From IMG/VR virus record IMGVR_UViG_3300037346_000623, positions 32,001 to 96,000 of that record: a stretch of DNA of 64,000 bases. One strand, 5' to 3'. How positions within the stretch are numbered: the first letter of the stretch is position 1; every line of letters begins with the position of its first letter. Position numbers and translations under genes: made by a program. Below are positions 29,991 through 40,752 of the stretch, piece by piece. This DNA comes from a virus. Under the pieces are notes generated by a model. That model was given only the letters and a program-made list of their open reading frames with translations. It was not told the origin of the DNA and ran no database searches.

Positions 29991-31655
29991 TTAAAATTGA
30001 TCTATCGTCATAGAAGAGAAACTATTTGTTTTTTTTATATCTATTTTCCAATCAAAGATCTCATGGGGCATAGGAGCATGATTTATGACAAATATATTAA
30101 GACCCATTTCCCTCGAATTTTTTTGCAGTACCTTTAAGATAGAGGTAACACCATCAGGATCAACTGAACTAAATAACTCATCGAGAAATAGTAAATTTAT
30201 CGAACTGAATTTTAATTTCATTAATTTCATTATAGCAATAAGTACAACGAAATCAACCTTTTTCATTTCACCAGTACTTAGTGTTTGTACAGGTATTTCT
30301 ATACCCATTTGATATATTGATGCCTTAAATTCATCATCAAATATAATCTGATATTCCAAATGTAGTGATTCTAATAAATCCATTATTTCTGAATTCAGAG
30401 ATGGCAATATAGTTTTTATTGCCATCTGCTTAACCCCCTTCTCACTAAGAATTTCATCAAGGGTTTTAACCCATGCATTCTTTTCAGCAGATTTGAAAAC
30501 ATCATCCTTTATTCTATCTCTATCAATTTCCAGATTTCTTATTATATTTTCTAATGATTTTACCTGACCGTCATTTTTTTTATTATTGAGTAATTCTATA
30601 TCACGGAGAATATCCCTTATTCTCTGAGATATCTTATTGTTTTTTTCCTGGAGATCAACTTTTATAGTTTTCATCTCAGATTCCTTATTCTTAAGATTAC
30701 CTATAATTTCTTCAGAATCGTCTAATTTAGATTTTGATTCATCCAGCTCATTCTCCATCGATTCCTTTTTATGTAAATGAAATCCACCGCTAAGTGAACT
30801 TTCACATGTCGGGCAAAGATCAGATTCATATAACTTTAATCTACGGCTAAGAGAATCAACATTACCTCTTATTTCAAGAAGCTCCTTGGTTGACGTATAT
30901 AAAAGATCTGCTAATTTTGACTCATCTTCCTTAAACTTATTTATTTTATCAGTATGTAATTCCTGGAGCTTCAGAAAAGAATCAAGTGATTTATTAAGTT
31001 CAACCATCTCATTCTTTATATCCTCCTCCATTTGATTTAATAGAATGTCCATCTCCTCCACAGATCTGGAAATAGCAGACTCTGTTGTGGATAGACTACC
31101 TGAAAGGGTATCGAGTGATTCTTTTATTTTTTTAATCTCACCCTTTAATAATTCCCTCATTTGATTTAAAATATTAAAACCAAATATTTTATCAATAATC
31201 GCTCTTTTATCTTGTGGTGACATTTTTATAAAAGATTTGAAATCGTTTATAGATAGTGATATTGTATTGTTAAATACATAATACGGTATCCCTATAAGAT
31301 CATCAGCAAGGTAAGATTGAACATTACTATTTCCTGCCTGATCATATGGGATTCCATTTATGGATAGGGAGAAAACGGAGGGTTCAAGTCCTCTCTCAAT
31401 AGTAATTATTTTTCCATTATTTTCAAATTCTATTTTAACCCATGCATGTCCGTTTATTCTGTTAGGAATATCACTTAATTTCTTACCTTCAACCTTCCCA
31501 TATAAAGCAAACGCAATGACTTGCGATATAGTGGTCTTTCCTGCACCATTCTCTCCAACTATCTGAAAAAGACAAGCCTCATTTGGAAATTCTAAGGTCT
31601 GCAATCTATTTCCATATGATGAGAAATTTCTCCATTCAATTTTTAATATCTTCAT
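29991..31655 (-). CDS. Recombination ATPase (T4 gp46/SbcC/Rad50-like)
   Basis: NFSSYGN, GENGAGKTT, CPTC zinc hook, LSTGE signature, LFLDE. Confidence 0.92.
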   Translation of the reverse strand: MKILKIEWRNFSSYGNRLQTLEFPNEACLFQIVGENGAGKTTISQVIAFALYGKVEGKKLSDIPNRINGHAWVKIEFENNGKIITIERGLEPSVFSLSINGIPYDQAGNSNVQSYLADDLIGIPYYVFNNTISLSINDFKSFIKMSPQDKRAIIDKIFGFNILNQMRELLKGEIKKIKESLDTLSGSLSTTESAISRSVEEMDILLNQMEEDIKNEMVELNKSLDSFLKLQELHTDKINKFKEDESKLADLLYTSTKELLEIRGNVDSLSRRLKLYESDLCPTCESSLSGGFHLHKKESMENELDESKSKLDDSEEIIGNLKNKESEMKTIKVDLQEKNNKISQRIRDILRDIELLNNKKNDGQVKSLENIIRNLEIDRDRIKDDVFKSAEKNAWVKTLDEILSEKGVKQMAIKTILPSLNSEIMDLLESLHLEYQIIFDDEFKASIYQMGIEIPVQTLSTGEMKKVDFVVLIAIMKLMKLKFSSINLLFLDELFSSVDPDGVTSILKVLQKNSREMGLNIFVINHAPMPHEIFDWKIDIKKTNSFSSMTIDQF

Positions 31656-32773
31656 TATAACCTTTTCTCTTGTTCTTGATTTATTACTATATTATGGAGC
31701 TTAAATAAGCTTGAAATTATTTTTTCTTTAGTTTCTTCGATAATATCCATAGATTCCACATAAGATCTTATAAAATCAAGAACATTGAATTGACCATTAC
31801 CCTCCGATTCGATCATCTGTTCAGTTAGTGTCGTACTTTTTTCGGGATCATATGGATGAAATTTAAGGAATCTCTGTGTCGTGATTGTATCAGTAAGCAT
31901 ACTGAGCGGAGCCTTTAGTGCCATCATAGGATCAATCATGATATCAACAAAATTATTTCTAAATTTAGGTTCAAGCTCATCTGGAGTTGATTCTAATATA
32001 TCTGTAAAATAAAATTTCTTAAATCTAGGCGAGAATGTATTAGGGTAAACTACCTCGTTCATGTCAGAAAGGTCCAAAAGAGTTATGGATTTTTCATTAT
32101 CCATATCAGATCTTGTTAACTCATAAGGAGATCCTAACATGGTTATATTATCTTGTTTTTGTGCATAATGTATATGACCAGAATAAACTTTTGTAAACTT
32201 CTTAAATTTATTAATGTCAGCACCAGATTCAACATTAACGTACTTATTGAATTTTAGTCCTCTTATATCAGCATGACAGCAAAGAACATCATGAGGTTCT
32301 ATATAATCAAGCGTTTCTGTCTCCGTATTATGATCCTTTCTCCATGGCATAAGGAAGAAATTCTTATCCATTAGTTTAAGTGTAACAGGATCTTCAAATA
32401 TATTTATTCCTGGTATCCATTTTATGGACTTTAGAGAATTGACATCATTTGTATTTTTACCAAATATATCATGATTTCCTATTATCACATATACGCCATC
32501 AGTAAAGATAGCTGATAATTCCTCAGCAATAGATATACCAAGATTAAGTACCTTTAGATTTATACTTTGTCTGGAATCAAAAAAATCACCAAGGTGAATA
32601 AGTACATCACCTGGTTGATAATTTTTTCTTACTAATGGAAAAAACCAATCAAAGAAATACTCCCTTGTCTGGTCTATCCATTCATTTGAATTGTTTCTTA
32701 CACCTAAATGAGTATCCGTTATAAACCAAACTCTCCGTGCTTTATCGTTTACCAACTTTAAATGTTCATTCAT
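31655..32773 (-). CDS. Recombination nuclease (T4 gp47/SbcD/Mre11-like)
   Basis: DTHLG, GDFFD, GNHD, SGHIH metallophosphoesterase motifs. Confidence 0.92.
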   Translation of the reverse strand: MNEHLKLVNDKARRVWFITDTHLGVRNNSNEWIDQTREYFFDWFFPLVRKNYQPGDVLIHLGDFFDSRQSINLKVLNLGISIAEELSAIFTDGVYVIIGNHDIFGKNTNDVNSLKSIKWIPGINIFEDPVTLKLMDKNFFLMPWRKDHNTETETLDYIEPHDVLCCHADIRGLKFNKYVNVESGADINKFKKFTKVYSGHIHYAQKQDNITMLGSPYELTRSDMDNEKSITLLDLSDMNEVVYPNTFSPRFKKFYFTDILESTPDELEPKFRNNFVDIMIDPMMALKAPLSMLTDTITTQRFLKFHPYDPEKSTTLTEQMIESEGNGQFNVLDFIRSYVESMDIIEETKEKIISSLFKLHNIVINQEQEKRL

Positions 32774-32774
32774 A

Positions 32775-33269
32775 TTAAAACAATTTTCTAATTTTTCTTT
32801 TTGATAAAATACTGTATTTTATTTCCAGCTCGTTTATGATCATCTCCTTGTATTTTATTGGAGTTATCTCATATGCTTTAGCGTATGTTATTTGTACATA
32901 ATCACATATGGAAACAAATTTTTCAGAAAATGAATACTCGGTATCTTCCAATTTTTCAAGTATCTCCTGGAATAAATGTGGAACTAAATCCTTCGGTATC
33001 TTTTTTTTATAACTTAAAGGAAACCATCTTGAAGTCTGAAATGCCTCATATACGAGTTCTTCCAGTTTCTTACGATGTAAATATTCCTCCTCGTCGTATG
33101 TTTCACTTAATATATTATGGCTTTGATCTATATCAAAGCTATCATTATAATCATTATCCTTAGTTGGATTATTATGTGCTCCAAATATCTTATCACCAAG
33201 CTGTTTTTTAGCAACTTCCGGGGTTCCGTTTTCATTTACATTTTCCGGTGTTTCTTGGGTTTCTTCCAT
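32775..33269 (-). CDS. Hypothetical protein
   Basis: 164-aa ORF packed between the helicase and gp47. Confidence 0.6.
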   Translation of the reverse strand: MEETQETPENVNENGTPEVAKKQLGDKIFGAHNNPTKDNDYNDSFDIDQSHNILSETYDEEEYLHRKKLEELVYEAFQTSRWFPLSYKKKIPKDLVPHLFQEILEKLEDTEYSFSEKFVSICDYVQITYAKAYEITPIKYKEMIINELEIKYSILSKRKIRKLF

Positions 33270-33285
33270 TTTTTAATGGTTATTT

Positions 33286-34584
33286 TTACTCTACGTGCAT
33301 AGGTACATTAACATCCTCAGTAATTCTCATATACTTATAGTCAACGCTAAATACCTTGTAGGCGTTTTTATAGCCATCATCTCTATTTGCTAATATTTTT
33401 AATTTATATTCTTTATTAGCATACATTATTGGATCTTGAATTATACCGAACATTCCGTCAACGGTAGCAACAAGACCTGATGATTCAGCTGCTGAGTTTA
33501 TACTTAAATCAGAAGCATCAAAGTCACCTTGTTTGGTTTGTGTAGCAGTAATAATTGACCAATTGTTTTGCATGGCCATACCCCTTAAATCCTCAGCAAT
33601 TTGTTTTATCTTCATGTAGGTATTCTCAGAATTTGCATTCCTCCAATTCTTCATAATATTAATATAATCAACCACAATCACCTTAAATTTAATACCTTTA
33701 ATTTCCTCCATCTTTTTGAGATATCTCTCAATGTCGTTAACAGATGCCTGAGAAGTTGGAAACTCCTTAATTGCTAAATGACCAGGAACCTTCAGATTGT
33801 CATACATCATCGATCCCAATTTTTTCTTCATTGCTTGCTCATCGTCAGCAATTTTACTATATTCTGAGACAGGAACTCCCAATATATTTGCGCCCATTCT
33901 CTTAACATACTTTCTATCACTCATTTCAAGAGATAATACAGCAACATTATGTCCGGTCTTAACTGCTTGAGCTGCTATATTACCAAGCCATAATGATTTA
34001 CCGACTTTTGGCATTCCCATAAAAACATATAGTGCCTTAGCAGAAAATCCACCACCAAGAACTGTATCAATAAAAGGGAATCCGCTAGAGAATGTATATT
34101 GAGTTAATTGCTTATGATTCTCAGGATTAAAGAAATCCAATCCCTCATCAAAGCTAAAATTTATACTATTTCTTTCAACAATAATATTCTTGAACGTATC
34201 AATAACAGTTTTAATATTCTCCGAAGAAACAGGTGTTGATTGTATATACTTAAGACCATCAACCGCAGATTTAGTTAGATTCTTGTATTCAACAAAGAAT
34301 TCAGTTGTTTCTTTTAACCATGCATCCTCATACTTAGAAAGATCTATTCCGTATATAGATCTTATTTCCGAATGATCCACTAGATTACCCCCCTTCATCT
34401 TAAAAGATTCGATCATTTGTTCAGCGGATGGCATTTCGTGATATTTCTCCCAGAATTCTTTAACACCAGTAAATATAGAACCTAGAGATTCATTCTTAAA
34501 AAAATCCGATTTACATGTATCTAGATATGGGGAATTTTGAAGTATATACCTAAGTATTACATTTTCAGAGTGTGTTAAATCCAT
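33286..34584 (-). CDS. Replicative helicase (T4 gp41/DnaB-like)
   Basis: GMPKVGKS, SLEMS, IKEFPT, VVDYINI, IAEDLRG, TATQT. Confidence 0.92.
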   Translation of the reverse strand: MDLTHSENVILRYILQNSPYLDTCKSDFFKNESLGSIFTGVKEFWEKYHEMPSAEQMIESFKMKGGNLVDHSEIRSIYGIDLSKYEDAWLKETTEFFVEYKNLTKSAVDGLKYIQSTPVSSENIKTVIDTFKNIIVERNSINFSFDEGLDFFNPENHKQLTQYTFSSGFPFIDTVLGGGFSAKALYVFMGMPKVGKSLWLGNIAAQAVKTGHNVAVLSLEMSDRKYVKRMGANILGVPVSEYSKIADDEQAMKKKLGSMMYDNLKVPGHLAIKEFPTSQASVNDIERYLKKMEEIKGIKFKVIVVDYINIMKNWRNANSENTYMKIKQIAEDLRGMAMQNNWSIITATQTKQGDFDASDLSINSAAESSGLVATVDGMFGIIQDPIMYANKEYKLKILANRDDGYKNAYKVFSVDYKYMRITEDVNVPMHVE

Positions 34585-34589
34585 TTTTT

Positions 34590-34889
34590 TTAATTTTTAT
34601 AATAAGGGTTATTATTAATTCTATACCATATCTTACTTGCGTTGCTTTTTTTGGTTTCTATAAAATCACCATCTTCGATCATTCTTTTAATAATATCTCC
34701 ATGGGATTCACTTTCCCATCTTGAACCAAATATTGAATTGAAAGTTTGTGGTGAGAATTCACCATTAGGTCTTTTATCTTTAAGAAGATATAGACTAATT
34801 TCGTAGACTATATCTTCTTTGGTTGGATAATTAGGAAAAGTCTTCCAAACACCCATGAGATATTTGAATTTTATATTATTCTTCTCCAT
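34590..34889 (-). CDS. Hypothetical protein (likely start MEKNNIK)
   Basis: ATG overlapping the end of uvsX. The longer track start is a shadow of the acidic UvsX tail. Confidence 0.5.
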   Translation of the reverse strand: MEKNNIKFKYLMGVWKTFPNYPTKEDIVYEISLYLLKDKRPNGEFSPQTFNSIFGSRWESESHGDIIKRMIEDGDFIETKKSNASKIWYRINNNPYYKN

Positions 34890-36087
34890 CTTCTTCCTCA
34901 GCTTCTTCCTCAGCTTCTTCGTCAAGTTCATCGCTCAGAGAGCCAAGTAATTCAGAGTGATCTGCAAGATCCGGAAACTTAAACTTGTTCTGTATAACTT
35001 TATTATCAAGCATTTCTAAAACCTCCTGGGTAAAAACTTTTTCAGTAAATAATTCAGTAGAAGTCACAGTTTTACCAAGATGTCTAACACCCCATCTTGT
35101 TGAAGTAGCACCAGGTTTAAAAACTTGTTCTTTTTTACCATCTGCATTTTTTACCTCTTCAAACTTACCTCTTTCTATCCCGCAAACTTCCCAGGAAACA
35201 TAATCCTGCAAACCAACGTAAGGATTCATACCGTTAGAAAATGAGATGTGGAATTTTATGGGCTCAGGAATAGTAAATCTACTTTTCTTAAGTGTAGATG
35301 TACAAACGATACCAGTTTTTGTGCCTGCACCATCCTTTAATTGAGCCTTGGATAAGAAAGCAACAACAGACATAGCAAATATTGGTCCATCACCACCGGA
35401 ACTTTCTTTTGTTGGTATATAAGCTCCACCACCAGCATAAACGTGATTGGTACAAATTAATGGTACTTTAGCAGCAGTAAGATCAAGTGTTATAACGCGG
35501 AATAATTTTCTAAGCTCTTTAGCTTTAGCACCCATATCGGAAGCATTATGTCCCTTCATTGCATCAGCAAGTTCTTTATCCGTACTTAGCATACCTAATG
35601 AGTCAAGAACTATAAGAATTTTTGGTGCTTCCCCATTCGCTTTTGATTTTTTAACCATATCGAGGACATTAGAAACGAATGTTTGAAATTGTGAAACTGT
35701 TTGTATAGGCTGATATCTGATCTTATTCATATCGATACCAAATTTAACAGCACCAGATTTATCTATGGCTCCCTCAGTATCGCAGTAGATAACATCATAG
35801 CCAATTTTTTGTGCTTCCCTAACAACATTTAGGCAGAAGAATGATTTTCCTGTACCAGGATCACCCATGACTCCAAATGATCTTGAATTAGGTACGCCAC
35901 CAAATAACGATCCTGAGATTTGAGCATTCAATAGATAGTTACCTGTAGGTATCCATTCATCAACCTCGCTAAAAGTATTTGTTGCTAGAATAGAACCTGT
36001 TTCAAATCCTGAGATCTTAGATAGAGCTTTGTCCATGTTTAGAAAGGAGAAACTGGACGATGTTTTTGTTGTTTGTGCTTTAGCCAT
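34876..36087 (-). CDS. uvsX: RecA-like recombinase
   Basis: TGNYLLNAQISGS, GDPGTGKS, DTEGA, VLDSLGML, DMG.KAK, TNHVY, SGG. Confidence 0.9.
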   Translation of the reverse strand: MAKAQTTKTSSSFSFLNMDKALSKISGFETGSILATNTFSEVDEWIPTGNYLLNAQISGSLFGGVPNSRSFGVMGDPGTGKSFFCLNVVREAQKIGYDVIYCDTEGAIDKSGAVKFGIDMNKIRYQPIQTVSQFQTFVSNVLDMVKKSKANGEAPKILIVLDSLGMLSTDKELADAMKGHNASDMGAKAKELRKLFRVITLDLTAAKVPLICTNHVYAGGGAYIPTKESSGGDGPIFAMSVVAFLSKAQLKDGAGTKTGIVCTSTLKKSRFTIPEPIKFHISFSNGMNPYVGLQDYVSWEVCGIERGKFEEVKNADGKKEQVFKPGATSTRWGVRHLGKTVTSTELFTEKVFTQEVLEMLDNKVIQNKFKFPDLADHSELLGSLSDELDEEAEEEAEEEDGEE

Positions 36088-36203
36088 ATTATATTAATAT
36101 TTTTGTCTATTATAATATGGAAAATCTTATGTTTTGTTTCTTTTTTAAATGAATTATTAAGATTTTGGTATCTTGTCTTATTTAAAAAATCTTGTCTTAT
36201 TTA

Positions 36204-36350
36204 AAAGTTTAGGGTAGTGTTACGTGTATATTATAATTAAAGTTTAGGGTAGTGTTACGTGTATATTATAATTAAAGTTTAGGGTAGTGTTACGTGTATA
36301 TTATAATTAAAGTTTAGGGTAGTGTTACGTGTATATTATAATTAAAGTTT
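36204..36350. repeat. Four perfect tandem 35-bp repeats plus a partial copy (aaagtttagggtagtgttacgtgtatattataatt)
   Basis: Units start at 36204, 36239, 36274 and 36309, partial at 36344. No spacers. Preceded by a duplicated ~19-bp AT-rich unit at 36170-36206. Confidence 0.95.
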
Positions 36351-36473
36351 GGGCTCTAAGTTGTACTAGATAGATAATAGATTCTTCGCCGGGGTAATTA
36401 AGATAATTATCTTATCCGTTATATAGTAATTTGTTTCTAATTTTTTAATCTTTAACTAAACTTTAACGCTTTA

Positions 36474-37487
36474 TTATAATTTTGGTGTCTTTATTAGCTC
36501 CTTTATCTTTTTTTGGTTTTTTATTACTGAATCTGCATCTCTTTGTAGCTCCTTAAAACTTTTTTTGTCCTTGATATCATATTTTTTCTTTGTTAATGAA
36601 GCTACCACTCTTGCAGCTTCTTCTGCACATGGGTCGTCTTTTTCAGACCATATATCTTCATTGGATGTTTCTATTTGTAATTTTCTTAGATTTTCTCTAA
36701 ATTTTCTAACCGCCTCGGGTACTTGTTTTGCTGCTTCCGCTTCTCTGTCTATTAACATTATAGATTCTGCTTCACTTCCTGGCTTATATTTTACAGCTTC
36801 AGATCCTTTTTTTCCGTTAATAACACCTTCTATCGCATCAAGTCCTCTTTTAACGACTTTATCCATATCCTTCTGTGCTATCTTAAAATCTCTTATATCT
36901 GCATTTTTAATTTCGATAAGTACTTCCGTTGCTTTAGCTACCAGATCGTTACCAGTGGATAAATATTCATTAGATTCGAATCCTTCGTTATTTTTTCCTA
37001 AAAATTCTCTAACCCAAGTGTCGAGTGCTCCTTTTCCCCCTCTTTGTATTATTTTATCGAGCTTATCTGATATTTCGTCTAGTTGTTTTTTCCTGCCTTC
37101 CTCTAATCCGCCTTTTTTTTCATATTTGGATTTATTTGTCATCTCCTGTTCACCTGCTTCAGAGATTATAGACTGCACAGTTTTTATTGATTGCTGTAGA
37201 AATGTTATCATTTCTGAGCCAGATTCTTTGGCTCTTTTATATAAATCAGTTCCCTGCAAACTTCTAAGAACACTATCTATTGTATTTGCAGCATCAAAGA
37301 TTGCTGTTTGTAGTATCTCAGCTCTGTATAATTGATCTTGTACCTGTGTATTATAAGCTGGTTTTTCACCTTTATCCAATATCGTACCCGACATTGCACC
37401 TTTACCAACTCCACTAGCCCATTGTCTTGCTTGATTTAACCAAGATCCAAAACTCTCGTTTATTATTTTATTTCTAGTATCCGACAT
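36474..37487 (-). CDS. Hypothetical helical protein (probable internal virion protein)
   Basis: 337-aa ORF with N-terminal IINE motif; operon with the next two ORFs. Confidence 0.6.
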   Translation of the reverse strand: MSDTRNKIINESFGSWLNQARQWASGVGKGAMSGTILDKGEKPAYNTQVQDQLYRAEILQTAIFDAANTIDSVLRSLQGTDLYKRAKESGSEMITFLQQSIKTVQSIISEAGEQEMTNKSKYEKKGGLEEGRKKQLDEISDKLDKIIQRGGKGALDTWVREFLGKNNEGFESNEYLSTGNDLVAKATEVLIEIKNADIRDFKIAQKDMDKVVKRGLDAIEGVINGKKGSEAVKYKPGSEAESIMLIDREAEAAKQVPEAVRKFRENLRKLQIETSNEDIWSEKDDPCAEEAARVVASLTKKKYDIKDKKSFKELQRDADSVIKNQKKIKELIKTPKL

Positions 37488-38216
37488 TTAATTTTTACCT
37501 AGTATATTTTTAGCTTCTTTAGTTATTATTTCCAGATATCTTTTACCTGATGTGCTATTTTCCTTCTCTTCTGATTCAGATTCCATGTTTTGTAGACAAA
37601 CAATAGCACCCTTTTTATAAACCTTCACTGCTTGCATATAATAATCCAGCGCTTTACCTATCTTCATAAAATATAATGAATTTGATTTAGTTAGTTTTGA
37701 ATTTGTTTCGAGTCTTATTTCCTTAGCCTTCTCCTCGTATTGGGTATCACTTATTTTTTTGGTGTTTCTCTGTTGATCTAGATCAGTTATACTTTTTCTG
37801 AACGAATCTAGAACCAATCCCTCCTGATCAAATGCATTTATTGACGATAATTCACCCTTGGTTGCACCTTGCCAGTCACCACCAAGATAATCACTTATTT
37901 TTTCAATTTCATCCCATAGTTTTCTATGTGATTCGTATGTTGGTTTAATATTTCCTGATATTGCAGTTATTCTATTAATACTGCTGTTTCCCTTATCTGG
38001 ATTTATAGGTGCTAGATTGGTAGACATGCTCTTGAGAACGGATGCTGCTTGAGTTAAAAATATTGTATACAATCCGGCAGAGTCATCACCGGTGTCCTGT
38101 TTAGGAATATTCATATTATCCCTATAGGTATCGCCAGTTTTTGACGGTGTATTTTGTTCTATAGGATCTCCTTTTTTCTCGTAGATCCTAAAATCGTGAA
38201 ATTTTTTTATTTCCAT
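37488..38216 (-). CDS. Hypothetical protein (probable internal virion protein)
   Basis: N-terminus MEIKKFHDFRIYE resembles a capsid-targeting sequence. Confidence 0.6.
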   Translation of the reverse strand: MEIKKFHDFRIYEKKGDPIEQNTPSKTGDTYRDNMNIPKQDTGDDSAGLYTIFLTQAASVLKSMSTNLAPINPDKGNSSINRITAISGNIKPTYESHRKLWDEIEKISDYLGGDWQGATKGELSSINAFDQEGLVLDSFRKSITDLDQQRNTKKISDTQYEEKAKEIRLETNSKLTKSNSLYFMKIGKALDYYMQAVKVYKKGAIVCLQNMESESEEKENSTSGKRYLEIITKEAKNILGKN

Positions 38217-39598
38217 TATTTACTCTTTCCGCTAACTATATCCTGTATTTTAGCTTGTATTTTTGGATCTGTCCAGTTTTTAACCATTGTCTGTAATTCT
38301 GGTGTTAATTTTTTACCATCTTCTGTTGATTTTATTAAATCGTCACCAGTATTACCACCTATTAATTTAGCGACTCTTCTTATGGCCTCTTCTGTATTTT
38401 TTCCGTATCCGCCATCAGCTTTTATTTGTTGGCTGTCCGGTAATATTGCATTAAGTTTTCCTTGAAAATCTTTTATCACTTGATAATTAGATCCGCTTTT
38501 TTTAAGATTTTCTTTTTCTATATTGCCCGATTTTATCTCCTTAATATCTGAGGTTTTCTCTTCTTTCTTATCCCCTTCCTTCACCTTAGCTTCCTCTTCT
38601 TTCTTCTTAGCTTCTGCAGTAGCCTGTTTATTAACAAGTTCTGATGCTTTAGTTTTTATTTCTTTGGATTTATCTTCAACAGAGGTAAGACTATCTGTTA
38701 CTTCTTTATCTATTTTTATTTGAGATGTGAATTTACTAGTCGCGTCGTTCATTAAGCTCTGTATCTTTTCAACCTCCACTGGTATTTCTGCTAATCTATC
38801 CTTTCTCTCTCTTCTCTTCATTTTGTCCCAAGTATCATCGTTGCTTAATTCGTCAGATAATTTGCTCATTGCAGCGAATGCTGTTTTAGCAGCTTGCTTA
38901 TATGCATTATCTAGAGTTGTGTCCTCAACAGTTTTAAATTGAGCCATTTTTGGTGTTATTATAGTTGTGCGTAATTCAGATCTTCTTTCTGGAAATAGAT
39001 TTTTATCAAACAATCCTTCATTTAATTGTAATTCTTCTCTCCAAACTTGAAATGATTCCTTCACTAGTGTTTTAGCTTTTTTAAGCTCCGCTGCAAGCTC
39101 TGTAACATATTTATTGATCGAATCATCTATTCTTTTATTGATACCATCTAAAGATTTTTTTCCTTCCTCGGAAGTAACAAGAGTTGTGTATGATTTCTTT
39201 AATAAATCGGAGAATGCTGTAACGTCCCCCCCGATTTGTGATTTGTAATCACCATTAAGTTTTTGAGATATCTTTTTAATTATATCTGCCATAACATCGC
39301 CCTTTTTAAGTGGATCTGTTTGTTGTGATATACTTTGAAGATCCGCAACTACCTCGCTATATCCACCATCCATACCTGAAACTATAACGAAATAGATATC
39401 AATAAATGCATTATATAACTGATCACCTACCGATGTAGCTGCTGTTGGTGCATTATTGCTTTTGAGTATATCTTTTTTATCAGCTGGTGCTGGTGTTGCT
39501 CCCGCAGCTGGTGCTGGTGTTGCTCCCGCAGCTGGTGCTGGTTTATCATCGACCTCGAATATTTTCCCATATGAATTAAAATCTAATACTCTTTTCAT
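38216..39598 (-). CDS. Virion protein with C-terminal peptidoglycan-binding-like domain
   Basis: IKDFQGKLN...ADGGYGKNTEEAI; PAAGATPA repeat; late-promoter motif upstream. Confidence 0.6.
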   Translation of the reverse strand: MKRVLDFNSYGKIFEVDDKPAPAAGATPAPAAGATPAPADKKDILKSNNAPTAATSVGDQLYNAFIDIYFVIVSGMDGGYSEVVADLQSISQQTDPLKKGDVMADIIKKISQKLNGDYKSQIGGDVTAFSDLLKKSYTTLVTSEEGKKSLDGINKRIDDSINKYVTELAAELKKAKTLVKESFQVWREELQLNEGLFDKNLFPERRSELRTTIITPKMAQFKTVEDTTLDNAYKQAAKTAFAAMSKLSDELSNDDTWDKMKRRERKDRLAEIPVEVEKIQSLMNDATSKFTSQIKIDKEVTDSLTSVEDKSKEIKTKASELVNKQATAEAKKKEEEAKVKEGDKKEEKTSDIKEIKSGNIEKENLKKSGSNYQVIKDFQGKLNAILPDSQQIKADGGYGKNTEEAIRRVAKLIGGNTGDDLIKSTEDGKKLTPELQTMVKNWTDPKIQAKIQDIVSGKSK

Positions 39599-39638
39599 AA
39601 TATAATTTGTATTTTTTAATAGTATATATCAAAAAAAA

Positions 39639-39688
39639 AACATATAACTAAAGTTATATGTTAAAACATATAACTAAAGTTATATGTT
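39639..39688. repeat. Two tandem copies of a perfect palindrome AACATATAAC-TAAA-GTTATATGTT
   Basis: Read directly; 26-bp period; intergenic. Confidence 0.85.
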
Positions 39689-39760
39689 TTTACTTATTAT
39701 CGTTTTTTATATTCATTATTAGCAAATATTTATATCTGCTAATTTTTTACATTTCCATTT

Positions 39761-40747
39761 TTAATTATTTTTATAATGTTCAATCCAATGTGATATCATC
39801 TCGTCCAGCATAGTTTCAAATGTATAAGTAGGAAGCCATCCTATTTCTTTTCTTAATTTAGTTGAATCACCTTTTAGATCCTCTAATTCTTCGGGTCTCA
39901 GGTATTTTTCGCTGGTCACTACATAATCTTCCCATCTAAGCTCCAATTTATCGAAAACATATTCAACCAATTCTTTAACGGTATGTGATTCACCGGTTGA
40001 GCAAACAAAGTCTCCTGGTATATCCTGTTGCAACATCATCCACATGGCTTTAACATAATCCTTTGCATGACCCCAATCCCTAGACGCATTTAGATTGCCT
40101 AGAACGAGCTTTTTTTCAAGACCTAGCTTAATCTCTACCGCTGTCTTTATAACCTTGTTAGTGACAAAATTAACACCCCTACGCGGTGATTCGTGATTGA
40201 ATAGGATACCATTGCTTATGAACATATTGTATGAGTTTCTATAATTTCTACAGATATTATATGAAAATACTTTAGCACATCCATATGGTGAAACCGGATT
40301 CATCTGTGTTGATTCCCTCTGATAACCATCAGGATCTATTGAGTTTCCAAACATTTCGGATGATGATGCCTGATATATTCTTATATTTTTATCATGTAAC
40401 CTTATTGCTTCCAATAGATTGAGTGTTCCTATACCGGTTGCTTGTGCTGTATAAACTGGCTGGTCGAATGATATTCTTACGTGCGATTGTGCAGCTAGAT
40501 TATAAACCTCTGAAGGATCAGAGATCTTTAATGCATGAAGAAGTGAGGGTACATCTAATAAATCCGCATAGATAAGATTATCCTTTATTACATCATATAT
40601 ACTATCAAGTCTTGATGTTTGGTTTTCGGATACAGAATTTCTTTTTATCGTTCCGAATACTTCATACCCCTTATTAATTAAAAATTCTGCAAGATAACTT
40701 CCGTCTTGCCCGTTAATACCTGTTATTAATGCTCTTGTTTTTTCCAT
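39761..40747 (-). CDS. gmd: GDP-mannose 4,6-dehydratase
   Basis: ALITGINGQDGSYLAE, NLAAQSHV, QASSSEMFG, SPYGCAK, FNHESPRRG, RDWGHAKDY. Confidence 0.95.
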   Translation of the reverse strand: MEKTRALITGINGQDGSYLAEFLINKGYEVFGTIKRNSVSENQTSRLDSIYDVIKDNLIYADLLDVPSLLHALKISDPSEVYNLAAQSHVRISFDQPVYTAQATGIGTLNLLEAIRLHDKNIRIYQASSSEMFGNSIDPDGYQRESTQMNPVSPYGCAKVFSYNICRNYRNSYNMFISNGILFNHESPRRGVNFVTNKVIKTAVEIKLGLEKKLVLGNLNASRDWGHAKDYVKAMWMMLQQDIPGDFVCSTGESHTVKELVEYVFDKLELRWEDYVVTSEKYLRPEELEDLKGDSTKLRKEIGWLPTYTFETMLDEMISHWIEHYKNN

Positions 40748-40752
40748 GTGTA

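Noticed and set aside
36204-36350. 35-bp repeats as a CRISPR array
   Set aside because: The repeats are directly adjacent with no spacers, and there is no cas operon. The PD-(D/E)XK nuclease at 12344 is a common stand-alone phage gene.
36565-37335. 256-aa plus-strand ORF and the many other short plus-strand ORFs
   Set aside because: These are antisense shadows of minus-strand genes, with Ser/Leu/Phe-rich composition and no motifs.
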